Shown in pieces: positions 12,901 to 25,838 of a stretch of 64,000 bases of DNA. The stretch is from Diplonema japonicum. Lineage: Eukaryota > Protista > Euglenozoa: Diplonemea. The stretch spans positions 248,001 through 312,000 of the forward strand of contig OZ025687.1 of assembly GCA_964019335.1 (NCBI GenBank), read 5' to 3'. Under the pieces are notes generated by a model that saw nothing but the letters and a program-made list of their open reading frames with translations, was not told where the DNA came from and made no database searches. The position numbers and the translations under genes were made by a program. Position 1 is the stretch's first letter, and each line of letters starts with the position of its first letter.

Positions 12901-15900
12901 CTTCAACTTGTCCGTCTTAGTAGTCTCTTTGAGAAGTTTCTCCCTCAGATCCTGCACTTCCTCAGGGTCGTTCTCCCGTGATGTGTCTAACTCGAGTTTG
13001 AGCTCCATCAGCTTCCCTTCAAGCTGGGTCACCTTGTTTTGGTATTCGGCCGCCTGTGTGTGTTGGTTCATGTTGCTTTGCATACCTGCTCCCTGTATTG
13101 GTCCCGCTGCTGTTCTGTGGTTTCAAGTTCCAGTTGCAGGTCCTTGTGTGCTTTGTCTTTTGCGCTCAATCTGTCGCGCATCACAGAGCCCACCTGTATG
13201 CGGTTCCAGAGTGTAGTGTGCATTTGACATACCTCTCTGTCTTCATCTTCAGCGACCCTCACAGCCTCCTCAAGGCGGTCCCGTAGCTCATCGAGCTCGT
13301 CCTTCCTTACCTTAGATACCTCCAAAGCCTTCTCAAGCTCTTCAATGTATGTCTCGCTGGTGGCAATCTTCTTCAAAGCGTCTTCCAGCATTCCTTCAAG
13401 CTGTGTTTTCTCAGCAGCCACAGCCTCTACGTCTAACGCACCGCTCTCAGCTTCGGTGTACTGTAATGGGGTGTATAAGTTAAAGTAAAAGAGTGGCGTA
13501 CCTCTCGGCGGAGACCTTGGATTTCGCTCTCTCTACCCTTAAGGATATCTTTGGCAGCCTTCAACTCCTCTGCTAATGTGTTTACTTCACTAGCAGACTC
13601 ATGAAGCTCTTCTTCAAGCTCCTCAACTTCCTGTCTCGCTTCTCCCAACTCCCTGGCCTTCCGCTCTGCCCTGTTTTCGCTCGCTTCGAGCCTTTCAACA
13701 AGAACATTATGTTCTCCTTTATTCGCCCTTTCACTAGCGAGCTTCTCTTCGGTCTCTTCTAACTTCTTTCGCAGGTCCTCCACAGCTGTCTCTGCTTCTT
13801 CCAGCTTACTTTTCGGCTCTTCGGCGGCCTCCTTGAGATCACAGAGGTTCTGCCTTAGGTCTTCTATTTCCTGTAGCTTTTCTCGTATTTCTCCTGCGCT
13901 CGCCTCAAGCTGTGTCTGTGCCACCTCACGTTCGTTGGCTTCGTTACTTAGCTCACTTTTTAATTTGTGTAGTTCTGTCGTTTCAGATTGTGTGTTCTTT
14001 AGCAGTTTGTGTATCTCCTGAAGTTCTGTTTTCGCCGCCGCGCATTCTGAAGTCTTATTAACGAGCTCCTCCCTCAGCTGCAGATCCATTTCCTTACTCA
14101 TCCCGAGCTGCTGTTCAAGTTCTTGGAGCTCTGCTCTCACTTTTTTGCACTCAGACACTTCTCTATTGAGTTCTTCCCTCAGCTCATCAATCACTACCGC
14201 TTCGTGTTCTTTCGCTTCGAGCTGCGCTTCGAGTTCCCGGAGCTCTGTTTTTGTTGCCCTTCGAGCGGATGTTTCCCTTTCGAGTTCCATCCTCAGATCG
14301 CGCATCTCTGCAGCCTCACTTTGAGCGCATGCTTCGAGCTGAGCTTCAAGCTCTTCGAGCTCCCCCTTGACTGCCTTGCATTCCGAAGATTCCTTCCTGA
14401 GTTCTTCCTTCAACTCACGAATTTCAGTCGCTTCAGACTGCGCACAGGATTCGAGCTGTGCCTCCAGTTCTTCAAGTTCTGCCTTTGCTGCTGCGCACTC
14501 AGAAGCCTCCTTCTTGAGCTCCCTCTTCAACTCCCGAAGTTCATTGGATTCGGATTGAACCGCTGCCTCGAGCTGTGTCTCCAACTCCACAAGCTTGGTC
14601 TCAGCATCCCCACGCTTGCCTTCAGTTCCCTTTATCTGTGCTCGCAGGGTGCTCACTTCGCCTGAACGCTCACGAAGCTCTTCCTCCAGTTCTGTGAGCT
14701 CTGCCTTCGCCGCCGTGCATTCAGAAGCCTCCCTCTTGAGTTCCCTCTTCAACTCCCGAAGTTCATTCGCTTTGGAAATGACAGCTGTCTCGAGTTGCGC
14801 CTCCAACTCCACAAGCTTGGTCTCGGTGTTCCCGCGCACACCTTCGGCCCCCTTCACCTGTGCTCGCAGGGTGCTCACCTCACCTGCACGTTCACGAAGT
14901 TCCTCCTCGAGTTCTTGTATTTCTTGTCTTGCCTCTTGCAGTTCCTCAGCCTTCTTGCTTGTCTTCGCTTCGCTGATCTCGAGCTTTCTCGCCAGGGCAT
15001 CACTGCTGCCAGCTTTGTTCTCCCTCTCCACGGCAAGCTCTTCTTCCACTTCTTCGAGCTTCCGCTTCAACTCCAGCACTTCGCCCCTCTTCCTTGCGTT
15101 GATCTCCAGTTGCTTCTTCAATTCCTCGATGTCTGCCTCTGCGTCCTCAAGCTTTGTCCTCGTACCCATGTGCTCCGAAGCTTCTTTTCTCAGCTCCTTC
15201 TTCAGCTCGCGCATCTCACTGGACCCGGACAGCGTCTTTGTCTCAAGTTGCAGTTCTAGTTCGAGCAGCTTTGCCTCCGCATCGTCAGCACGCGCTTTGT
15301 GCTCAGCGCACATGCCTGCCTCGTGTTTCAGCCTTGGCAGAGCGCGTGTTGCATCTTCGGCCTCTTTCAATTGCACTCTCAAGGCTTCTGCCTCAAGCGA
15401 TAGCTTGGTGTGCATCTCTTGCTTCTGGTGTTCCAGGTTCCGCAGCTCTTCTTCCTTGCTAACCAGATCATTCTCAAGCACCTGGCACTTTCGCTGGCTA
15501 GAAGTATCTCCTTTGCGCTTTGCCTTCTCCACTGCGAGCTCTTCCTCAGCTTCTTCTAATCGTATTTTGAGGTCTGTGGTTTGTGTTTTGCGCTTCAGTG
15601 CAATTTCAAGCTGTTTCTGAAGCTCAGCAGAGTCCACCTCGGCATCTTCTAGCTGCTGCTTGAGCTCCGTTACTATCAAGGACTCCTTGCGAAGGGCTTT
15701 CTTCAAGTCTTTCACCTCGCCAGAAGATGCTTCTTTTTGGTCTAACCTGAAGGTCAGATCCTCAATCTGTTCTGCCGCCTCTTTAGCTGCCGCCTTCATG
15801 TTTGGTACTTGATGCGCCTTTGTGTGGTGTTGCGATGTGAGCGACGTGCATACCTCTTTTTCCAAGACTTGCATCCGCGAAGAGCTGCTTGCGGCATTTG

Positions 15901-18900
15901 CTTCGTGTTGTCTGATTTGCTCTTTGAGGTAGTCGATTTCTTCGGAGCAGTCACGGATTTCAGTCTCCAGGGCTTGCACTTGCTCGTGCGTCACCTCTAG
16001 TTTCTTCTTGCTGACTACACTCTCTTCTAACTCGGCTTGCAGTACTTCAACCTTTTCCTCTAGCACAGTCTTCTCTTCTTTTACACTCTCCAAGTTTGCC
16101 TCAACTTCAGCTAGCTGCGGTACTGCTTCCTTTGCCTCGAGCAGTTCCTTTTTCAGGTCACTGACTTCGGCCGTTTCCGACTGCAGCTCGGCTAGTGTGG
16201 CCTCTAGTTCTATGACCTTCCCACATGCCTCTGCTGCTCTACTGTGGTGCTCAGTAACCTGTGTCATGTGACTATTGTTGGTAGCGCATACCTCTGCTTT
16301 CAGTTTTGGAACTTCTTGCGTTACCTTCTCTACTTCAGTCAACTGTGCCTGCAAAGTATGAGCCTGCTCACGAAGCACATCTACTTCTTTCACCTGTGCT
16401 CGCAGGGTGCTCACTTCGCCTGAACGCTCACGAAGCTCTTCCTCCAGTTCTGTGAGCTCTGCCTTCGCCGCCGTGCATTCAGAAGCCTCCCTCTTGAGTT
16501 CCCTCTTCAACTCCCGAAGTTCATTCGCTTTGGAAATGACAGCTGTCTCGAGTTGCGCCTCCAACTCCACAAGCTTGGTCTCGGTGTTCCCGCGCACACC
16601 TTCGGCCCCCTTCACCTGTGCTCGCAGGGTGCTCACCTCACCTGCACGTTCACGAAGTTCCTCCTCGAGTTCTTGTATTTCTTGTCTTGCCTCTTGCAGT
16701 TCCTCAGCCTTCTTGCTTGTCTTCGCTTCGCTGATCTCGAGCTTTCTCGCCAGGGCATCACTGCTGCCAGCTTTGTTCTCCCTCTCCACGGCAAGCTCTT
16801 CTTCCACTTCTTCGAGCTTCCGCTTCAACTCCAGCACTTCGCCCCTCTTCCTTGCGTTGATCTCCAGTTGCTTCTTCAATTCCTCGATGTCTGCCTCTGC
16901 GTCCTCAAGCTTTGTCTTCGTACCCATGTGCTCCGAAGCTTCTTTTCTCAGCTCTTTCTTCAACTCGCGCATCTCACTGGACTCAGACTGCACCGATGTC
17001 TCAAGAAGCGCCTCTAGGTCCGCGACTCTGGTTTCTGTTTCGTCGAGCTGTGCTTTTGATGCCATGCACTCGGTGGTCTCCTTCCTGAGCTCCTTCTTCA
17101 GTTCACGCACCTCATTCGACATCTTTGACTCCATCTGTACTGCGGCCTCTAGCTCAGCTTCCAGATCTGCGAGGCGGGCTTCTGCTTCCTCAAGCTTGGC
17201 TTTGGCTACGCTGCAATCAGAGGCTTCTTTCTTGAGCTCTTTCCTCAACTCACGCAATTCAGCAGTCTCGGACTGAGCAGACGCTTCGAGCTTTGCCTCG
17301 ACCTCGGCGACCCTTGCCCCAGTGTCCTCAAGTTCTGCCTTTGCTGCCATGCACTCGGTGGTTTCCTTTCTGAGCTCCTTCTTCAAGTCACGTACTTCAT
17401 TTGATACCTTTGACTCCGCTTGTACTGCAGCCTCCAACTGGGCCTCCAAGTCTGCAAGGTGGGCCTCCGTTTCCTCAAGCCTAGCTTTTGCAGCACTGCA
17501 ATCAAAGGCTTCTTTCTTGAGTTCTCTCTTTAGCTCGCGTAACTCAGCAGTCTCGGATTGTGCAGTCGCTTCAAGCTGTGATTGAAATTCAGCCACCATT
17601 GCCGCAGCGTCCTCAAGTTCTGCCTTTGCTGCCATGCACTCGGTGGTCTCCTTCTTGAGCTCCTTCTTCAAATCGCGTAATTCACTTGATACCTGTGACT
17701 CCGCTTGTACTGCAGCCTCCAACTGGGCCTCCAAGTCTGCAAGGTGGGCTTCTGCTTCATCGAGCTTGGCTTTTGCAGCACTGCAATCAAAGGCTTCTTT
17801 CTTCAAATCTTTCTTTAGCTCGCGTAACTCAGCAGTCTCGGATTGTGCAGTCGCTTCAAGCTTTGATTGAAGTTCAACCACCTTCGCCTCAGTGTTTTCG
17901 AGCTGTGCCTTTGCAGTCATGCATTCGGTGGTCTCCTTCCTGAGTTCCTTCTTCAGCTCACGCACTTCATTCGACACATCAGATGCTGACTGGCCTGCTG
18001 CTTCGAAGTCAGCTTCCATGTCTACAAGCTGAGCTTCTGTTTCTTCAAGCTTGGCTTTTGCTGCATTGCAGTCAGAGGCCTCTCTCTTGAGCTCTTTTTT
18101 CAGTTCACGTAACTCAGCAGTCTCGGATTGTGCAGACGCTTCGAGCTTTGCTTCAAGTTCGGCCACCTTCGCCTCGGCATCTTCAAGCTGTGCCTTTGCA
18201 GTCATGCATTCAGTGGTCTCTTTTCTGAGTTCCTTCTTCAGCTCACGCAGCTCATTCGACAAATCAGATGCTGACTGGCCTGCTGCTTCGAAGTCGGTTT
18301 CCACGTCCGCAAGCCGGGCCTCTGTTTCCCCGAGCTTGGCTTTTGCTGCATTGCAGTCAGAGGCCTCCCTCTTAAGCTCTTTCCTCAATTCACGTAACTC
18401 GGCAGTCTCAGATTGTACAGACATTTCAAGCCTCGCTTCAAGTTCGGCCATTTTCGTTTCGGCATCTTCAAGTTGTGCTTTGGCTGTCATGCACTCGGTG
18501 GTCTCCTTTCTAAGTTCTTTCTTCAATTCACGCAGTTCACTTGACCCCGACTGCGCCAGTTCAAGCTGTTCTGTAAGTTCGGCAAGTTTTGCTTCAGTAC
18601 TCTCGAGCTGTACGTTGGCTGACATGGATTCAGTGGTCTTCTTCGTCAGGTCTCTCCTCAGCTCGCGCAGTTGGTTTGACTCGGACTGGGTGGTTTCTTC
18701 AAGTTGCTCCTCGAGATCAGTGACCCTCGCATTTGCTTCCTCAAGTTTTGCCTTTGCTGCCTTGCATTCCGAAGATTCCTTCCTGAGTTCTTCCTTCAAC
18801 TCACGAATTTCAGTCGCTTCAGACTGCGCACAGGATTCGAGCTGTGCCTCCAGTTCTTCAAGTTCTGCCTTTGCTGCTGCGCACTCAGAAGCCTCCTTCT

Positions 18901-21900
18901 TGAGCTCCCTCTTCAACTCCCGAAGTTCATTGGATTCGGATTGAACCGCTGCCTCGAGCTGTGTCTCCAACTCCACAAGCTTGGTCTCAGCATCCCCACG
19001 CTTGCCTTCAGTTCCCTTTATCTGTGCTCGCAGGGTGCTCACTTCGCCTGAACGCTCACGAAGCTCTTCCTCCAGTTCTGTGAGCTCTGCCTTCGCCGCC
19101 GTGCATTCAGAAGCCTCCCTCTTGAGTTCCCTCTTCAACTCCCGAAGTTCATTCGCTTTGGAAATGACAGCTGTCTCGAGTTGCGCCTCCAACTCCACAA
19201 GCTTGGTCTCGGTGTTCCCGCGCACACCTTCGGCCCCCTTCACCTGTGCTCGCAGGGTGCTCACCTCACCTGCACGTTCACGAAGTTCCTCCTCGAGTTC
19301 TTGTATTTCTTGTCTTGCCTCTTGCAGTTCCTCAGCCTTCTTGCTTGTCTTCGCTTCGCTGATCTCGAGCTTTCTCGCCAGGGCATCACTGCTGCCAGCT
19401 TTGTTCTCCCTCTCCACGGCAAGCTCTTCTTCCACTTCTTCGAGCTTCCGCTTCAACTCCAGCACTTCGCCCCTCTTCCTTGCGTTGATCTCCAGTTGCT
19501 TCTTCAATTCCTCGATGTCTGCCTCTGCGTCCTCAAGCTTCTGACGAGCCTCAAGTGCTGCGTTTGCTTCTTTTTTTACTTCTCTTTTCAGCTCGCGCAT
19601 TTCAGAAGCGCCCTGTTCCTGCTCCAACAGCTGCATCTCCGCGTCTTCCATGGATGCTTGCAGTTCATTGCACCTTGCAGTCTCTGTCGTAAGTGCTTTC
19701 TTGAGCTCCTTGTTTACTGTGAACAACTTTTCACGTTCCTCCACGAACTCATCAAGGGCCGTACGAAGCTGTTCACACTCCCTTTCTTTCTTTCGAAGGT
19801 CTTTGCTCGACTTGGCGGCAACCTCCCGCATTTCTTCGATCAGTGGTGCCGACTTCTCCAGCTGGTCAGAAAGCACTTTCATGCCGTCTTCTCGTATCTT
19901 GAGCTCTTCTTCGAGCCTCTCGTCAGCGTCGCTGGCATTAGTTAGTTTGCTGGTCAGTACATCTACTTGTTCCTGTAATTCCTGAACCTCTATTTCAGCA
20001 GCGTGGAGCTGCTGTTGGATAGATGACTCCCTCGCCTGCTCGTTCTTGAAGGCTTCGTTCTCAAGCTCTCTCAACCGTGTGGAGAGCGTCTCCATCTCCG
20101 AACGTGAAGCTTCGCGTGTCTCCATACTCAGCTGGAGCTTGGCCTTCAACGCCTCTATTTCAGTGTCCCGCGAAACTTCAGACAAGCCTCTCGGGTCGGG
20201 GCTCGTGGCTTCCAACTTGTTCCGGAGTTCTTCGACTTCCCGTTCAGCTTCTTGCCGCGCTTTGTCAGCAGCTTGAAGACGGTTCTGGAAGTTGAGAGTA
20301 GCGATGCTCAGCTCAGGAACAGGCGGTGGTGGAGGTGAAGGAGCTATCGTCTCTACCCATTCTGCTGTCTTGCTCTTACTATCGGTGCTCTGACGCAGCG
20401 TGTCGACCTCCTTTCGCATGTCTTCAAGCATGATATCGTACTCACGAGCGATGTCGTCCCGCATGCGCTCCTCATCGACGGGCCCGAAAAGACTCAACTG
20501 GCTTACGTCGGTACGCTCTCCGAGAAGTGTTAGCACAGACTTGGCGTCGCCTGCCTTTGCCGCCTCTTCAAGACAGAGGAGGAAGTCCTGGCTGCTTTTG
20601 TACTCTACGAGGATCTCCCTCAGCGTGACCTCTGTTCTGGCAGGAGAAACGAACTCCAACGCAGTGTGGACCTCCTCCTGCCATGCACGGACCTCTTTCG
20701 TATCCTCGGCAAGGAGTTCTTGCACCTTGCTGAAGTGTTTCATGATTTCCAGACGGTCCGTTTCGGAAGCAGAGAGCTTCTCTTCTGTCTCAAACAAACA
20801 CCTCTCAAGCTCTGCGACATGTGACTCGTCCTCTGCCTCGACAGAGCCACTTGACACGGAACCACCGCGAGATGCCTTGTTGTTGAGTTCTCGAAGTTGC
20901 TTGCACTGCGCTTCCAGTTCCTTGACCTTCACCTTCAAGATCTTCTTGTCAGCCTCTAGCTGACCAGCAGTATCCATGAGCTTCTCGTGTTCCTCACTAA
21001 GAGGCGCACTCTGGCTTCTCGCCATACTTTCGTGGAGCTGCTGTTGTTGATTGAACGCCCCATCAAGGTGCTTGAGTCTCTTTTCCAACCTCTCATTCCC
21101 TGTCTTCAATGTATGTGTCTCGCTGTTACCTAAAGCCAGCTCATTCGTAAGCCTGTCGATCTTCTCCAGGGCAGCAATCCTGCCCTCCTCAGATTCAGCC
21201 AATTCCTCGCCCCTCTTCTCGAGGTCCTTATTTTGCTTCTTGATCCGCTCATCTCTGCTAGCGATGCAAGCACGCAGCTCATTCAGGTCCTGAGACGTGT
21301 TCCTCTTGTAAGATTCTGCTTCTGCGGAGTCTTGCATATGCCGCAGCTTTATGGCATCTAACTCTGCCTCTTTTTTGTTCAACTGGTGCGCCATTTGTGT
21401 ACGCTTGTCCCTAGCCCGCTCCAGTTCCTCCTCCAGCTGGGGTATTTGAGCAGCAGTAACAGATAGAGATTCTATTTTTACTGCTGCCTCCCTCTCAGAG
21501 TTCCTTAGTTGTTCCAAGGCTGCGAGGAGGTCCTTTTGTTTCCCTTTAAAGGCTTCCGTTGCTTTGTCTTCGAGTTCGTGCTCCTTCCCAAGGACCTTCT
21601 TGATATCAGCTTGGATGTCTCCGCACCTAATGAGGTCCTCGGCCTGTCCGGCTATGGTCTTGTTGAGATCTGCGATGTGGGCGTCCTTCGTTCCTTCCAT
21701 CTTCAGGTACTTGGTGTAGAGGGCGTTGTGCTGTTCCTTGAAAGCGTCCTGAGCCATGCTGAGGTCCTCCCGCAGCCGCTGGCACTCATCGCTGTCGAAT
21801 GGTGATCCCCAACCCCACACGTGAATAGTTTTGTCGGCACCAGCTGTCCACACTTCGGAGACCTCGCGGTGTGCGACTACCTTCACGATGCAGGTGATGA

Positions 21901-22744
21901 AGTTCGAGTGGTTGATGGTCCTCCTCTTGAGCTTGTAGTCGCTGACAGACCACACGCATAGTGTGCGGTCGTTGCTGCCCGTCCACATCTCGTTGTCAAC
22001 TGCAAGGATGCAGGTCACAGGGCCGTCGTGCTCCTCAAGAGTGGCTACTAGCTCGAAGGTTGCTCCGTCCCACACTTGTATAACACCGTCCTCGCCACCT
22101 GTCCATACGTAGTCGCTGTGTGATGTCACGACACGTGTTCCTTTTTGATGGGCATGCACGCGTTTCAAAGGGTCGCCTGTTTCAATGTTCCAACACCGCA
22201 GTGTGCCGTCGTCGCTGCCGGAGAGGAGGAAGCTGCCCTTGACGGCGAGGGAGCGGACGCCGCCGGCGTGTCCAGAGAGCTGTCGGACGAAAGCGAAGTC
22301 CTTTGTCCATTCGAGTATTTGGAAATCGGCAGAGGCGCTGAAAACCCGCGCGCCTGCCTTGACGATGCTGTGGACAGCTCCGGAGTGGCGTTTGAATTCA
22401 CCACCCGGGGCCTCGCGAATAGTGCTCGCGCTGTAGGCCTTAATGATTCCAGAGGAGTAGCCGACCCATACTGTGTTGTCAACGACGGTCATACACCCTG
22501 GGTAGCCGCAGCGTTCCGTCTCGTCGACCATTGCTAGCACCCTGCTGCGGGGGTCGCGCACTACGATCTGCCCTGCTTTCGTCGAAGTCCACACTCTCCC
22601 TTGCACATACGTCGCGCTGCGCACATCTGTCAGTGCGTCATGGAAGGTGTCCACCACTTCTCGTTCATCTTCCGCCTCATTCACCGCACCCAATGCCTTG
22701 CTGCTCGCAATACTCACGCTCGCAGCCCTTTTTGACTTTTGCAT
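9993..22744 (-). CDS. Giant WD40-repeat plus coiled-coil protein, ~4,165 aa; introns 16259-16291, 15818-15853, 13461-13501, 13194-13232, 13054-13085, 11867-11901, 11727-11764
   Basis: N-terminal WD40 repeats (GHAGGVRSL..SGSDDGTLRCWN). Four ORF-track ORFs join in frame after removing GTA(T/C)G...AG micro-introns; spliced length 12,498 nt. Three introns are 3n and stopless, hence less certain. The start codon is also uncertain. Confidence 0.85.
14370..19540. repeat. Intragenic repeats: three near-identical 0.55-0.8-kb blocks (~14370-15210, ~16390-16980, ~18760-19540) plus a 285-nt (95-aa) tandem period at ~17000-18550
   Basis: LEDAEADIEELKKQLEINARKRG...EVSTLRAQ occurs three times (offsets 1758 and 4386 nt); the S(N/S)E(L/V)R(E/D)LKKE motif recurs every 285 nt. 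Confidence 0.92.
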
Positions 22745-23157
22745 CGGGGCCCCCCCAAAACCCCTCCTGTGAAGTATACTGTTTCGTGGTCTGCTAAAAC
22801 AAGATATACCCGAAAGAAAGAAAACCAACCAGCATAGAAATTATATTTAATAAAAGAAAGGGGGTGGGGGTGCATGAGGTGGGAAAAAAGAAATGAGTAA
22901 AGATCGTGGCATGAAGTAATTGAAAGCAAGTCGCCAGGACGCAACTCAACACCATCGAGGTCTATCTCCACAAGCGTTTCTCTTTCCGCTTGGAGACATA
23001 TTATTTAGAAGACTGAGACGTTAAGGTTTATTTTGTTTTGCACGTTGAGCAACCCCCGACTCCAGGTGGTGTGGTAAATGGGAAAGTCGAGAAGTAGGGA
23101 AGGTTAAAGGGAAAAGAAACTTGGCAACAACTGAACCTTAATTTTGTATTATTCGTT

Positions 23158-24172
23158 CTATTTCTCATGGCCCTCCATGACGTTCTTGCCCTTGGACCAG
23201 AGACCAGCCTTCCACATGTCAGACATACCAGTCTCACCAGCCTTGCCAGGCTGCGTGAGGTAGTCGTAGAAGGCCTGGGGCTTCTTCCCGGTCAAGTTGT
23301 AGAAGTCAGGGGAGCACCTGGTGTAGAACCCGTTGCGGAGGTACTCGAAGAAGGCACGCCTCTGGGGCCCGAAGTCCTTCTCGAACTGGTCAATGTCCTG
23401 CGCCCTGTACTCCACAGGCTTGCCAAGAGCCTTCGCCAGATCAGCAGCAACATCGTGCATGGAGGCGGGGACAGGTCCGGTGAGGTCGTAGTACTTGTCA
23501 CCGTGCTGCTGCACACCACCAAGGAACACCACGGCGGCGGCCTCACCAAGGTCGTTCGTTGACACGAAGGAGTTCTTGGTCTCGCCAAGGGGCGACGAGA
23601 AGAAGCCGTTCTCGTCGATGTTGCTGGTCTCGGGCTTCACAATGTGGCCCTGGAAGAAGTTCGCCCTGAGAACGGTGGTGTTCTTGGGGAGCTCCCTGAT
23701 GAGGACCTCCTCGTCCCTCCAGTAGCCCCTGAGCATCCCCGGGATGCCGGTGCCCGGGATCGAGGCGTGGACGTCGTGGTCGTAGGAGGCGGTGTTGTGG
23801 TCAGCACCGAAGCACGACAACCTCACAGCGTGTTCGATCTTGCCGTAAGCACTGATGGCCTTGCAGAAGGCGGCGTGCCCGTCCGCCTGCGGGTCAGGGT
23901 TGGCAGAGAACACCTGAGTCATGCCCTCGAGAGCGGGTGCGAATGTCTCGTGCTTGTCGTAGTCGAAGGTGACGACCTCATCGGCACCAAGGCTCTTCAC
24001 GAAGTCGGCCTTCGACGCAGTGCGCACGGCAGCACGGATGAAGACGTCTCTGTGTGGTGTGGTGTGTCAGACATTCATACCTTCCGCCCTTGCGAGCCTC
24101 GTTCAGGTGAGCAATCAGCTCCTTACCCACACGGCCAGTGGCCTGTGTAACAAGAACCCTCAGAGGTGCCAT
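23158..24172 (-). CDS. NmrA-like/atypical SDR NAD(P)H oxidoreductase, copy 1; intron 24050-24080
   Basis: VLVTQATGRVG Rossmann-like motif, LRANFF, FVSTNDLGEAAA, YDLTGP; removing the 31-nt intron gives 327 aa, equal to the intronless paralogue. Confidence 0.88.
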
Positions 24173-24557
24173 GGTTCCTGGAAGAGATACAACAAGCAAA
24201 CAAAGAAGTTCGCATTAAATAGGATAGAAGACTTGCTATGCGCGGGCCCTTACAAACTCCCCGAACACCTAGTTGGCACATGGCCTGGAGTGAAGGGTTG
24301 TTTTCAGACTCGCAAATTTTCAGCCAAAAAATACAAAATAGTGCATTATTTATATAGAGCAGAATTCCGACGGTATATCTGGGAGACTGCTTCCTTCAAG
24401 GAAGAGGCAAGGTCAAGTAAATTAAAGTCATGGCGACGTTCATCATGAGCTTTGCATGAAATGGACACGTGTCCATCGGTGTGCCAAAAACAAAAAGTTG
24501 AGGGGGAGGGGGAGAAGGAGGAAAAGGGGGTATCTTGTTCGAACGTTTCACCACATT

Positions 24558-25541
24558 CTATTTCTCATGGCCCTCCATGACGTTCTTGCCCTTGGACCAC
24601 ATCCCAGCCTTCCAGATCTCAGATATACCAGTCTCACCAGCCTTGCCAGGCTTCGTAAGGTAGTCGTAGAAGGCCTGGGGCTTCTTCCCGGTCAGGTTGT
24701 AGAAGTCAGGGGAGCACCTGGTGTAGAACCCGTTGCGGAGGTACTCGAAGAAGGCACGCCTCTGGGGCCCGAAGTCCTTCTCGAACTGGTCAATGTCCTG
24801 CGCCCTGTACTCCACAGGCTTGCCAAGAGCCTTCGCCAGATCAGCAGCAACATCGTGCATGGAGGCGGGGACAGGTCCGGTGAGGTCGTAGTACTTGTCA
24901 CCGTGCTGCTGCACACCACCAAGGAAGACCTTCGCAATGGCCTCACCAAGGTCGTTTGTCGACACGAAGGAGTTCTTGGTCTCGCCAAGGGGCGACGAGA
25001 AGAAGCCCTTCTCGTCGATGTTGCTGGTTTCGGCTTTGATGATGTGGCCCTGGAAGAAGTTCGCCCTGATCACAGTGGTGCTCTTTGGGAGCTCCTTAAT
25101 AAGGACCTCCTCGTCCCTCCAGTAGCCCCTGAGCATCCCCGGGATGCCGGTGCCCGGGATCGAGGCGTGGACGTCGTGGTCGTAGGAGACGGTATTTTGG
25201 TCAGCACCGAAGCACGACAACCTCACAGCGTGTTCGATCTTGCCGTAAGCACTGATGGCCTTGCAGAAGGCGGCGTGCCCGTCCGCCTGCGGGTCAGGGC
25301 TGGCAGAGAACACCTGAGTCATGCCCTCGAGAGCGGGTGCGAATGTCTCGTGTTTCTCGTAGTCGAAGGTGACGACCTCATCGGCACCAAGGCTCTTCAC
25401 AAAGTCTCCTTTCTCTTCACCCCGCACGGCAGCCCGGATGTAGACCTCCCTGCCCCCCTTGCGAGCTTCTACTAGGTTGGCGATGACCTCCTTACCGACA
25501 CGACCAGTGGCCTGTGCAACGAAAACTCTGATAGCTGCCAT
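24558..25541 (-). CDS. NmrA-like oxidoreductase, copy 2 (intronless)
   Basis: 327-aa ORF from MAAIRV; same motifs. Confidence 0.9.
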   Translation of the reverse strand: MAAIRVFVAQATGRVGKEVIANLVEARKGGREVYIRAAVRGEEKGDFVKSLGADEVVTFDYEKHETFAPALEGMTQVFSASPDPQADGHAAFCKAISAYGKIEHAVRLSCFGADQNTVSYDHDVHASIPGTGIPGMLRGYWRDEEVLIKELPKSTTVIRANFFQGHIIKAETSNIDEKGFFSSPLGETKNSFVSTNDLGEAIAKVFLGGVQQHGDKYYDLTGPVPASMHDVAADLAKALGKPVEYRAQDIDQFEKDFGPQRRAFFEYLRNGFYTRCSPDFYNLTGKKPQAFYDYLTKPGKAGETGISEIWKAGMWSKGKNVMEGHEK

Positions 25542-25838
25542 TTTATTTTTATTTTTACTGCGATGGAAGTTGCCAAGTGTCGAGCAGGTATCGAAATAAT
25601 TCAGCACGAGCTACTGGGTCACGCTGACAGCGCTTCACTACACAAGGAAGCTCGGAATGGTTGAACGTTAGGTGACACGCGCTCACATTTCACAGCAAGA
25701 CATCCTTCCCACTTGATGTGTGCGGCCTCATCCCGGCACCGAGAAGAACAGGCAGCTCGTGTTGCAAAATACCGTGCAGTTTTTTATCTTATTTTTTTAT
25801 CATTATTAGTTTCGCATCTATGTATCTTGATGTGCTCC

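Noticed and set aside
23978-24199. Frameshifted NmrA pseudogene
   Set aside because: A 31-nt GT-AG intron restores a 327-aa frame matching the paralogues.
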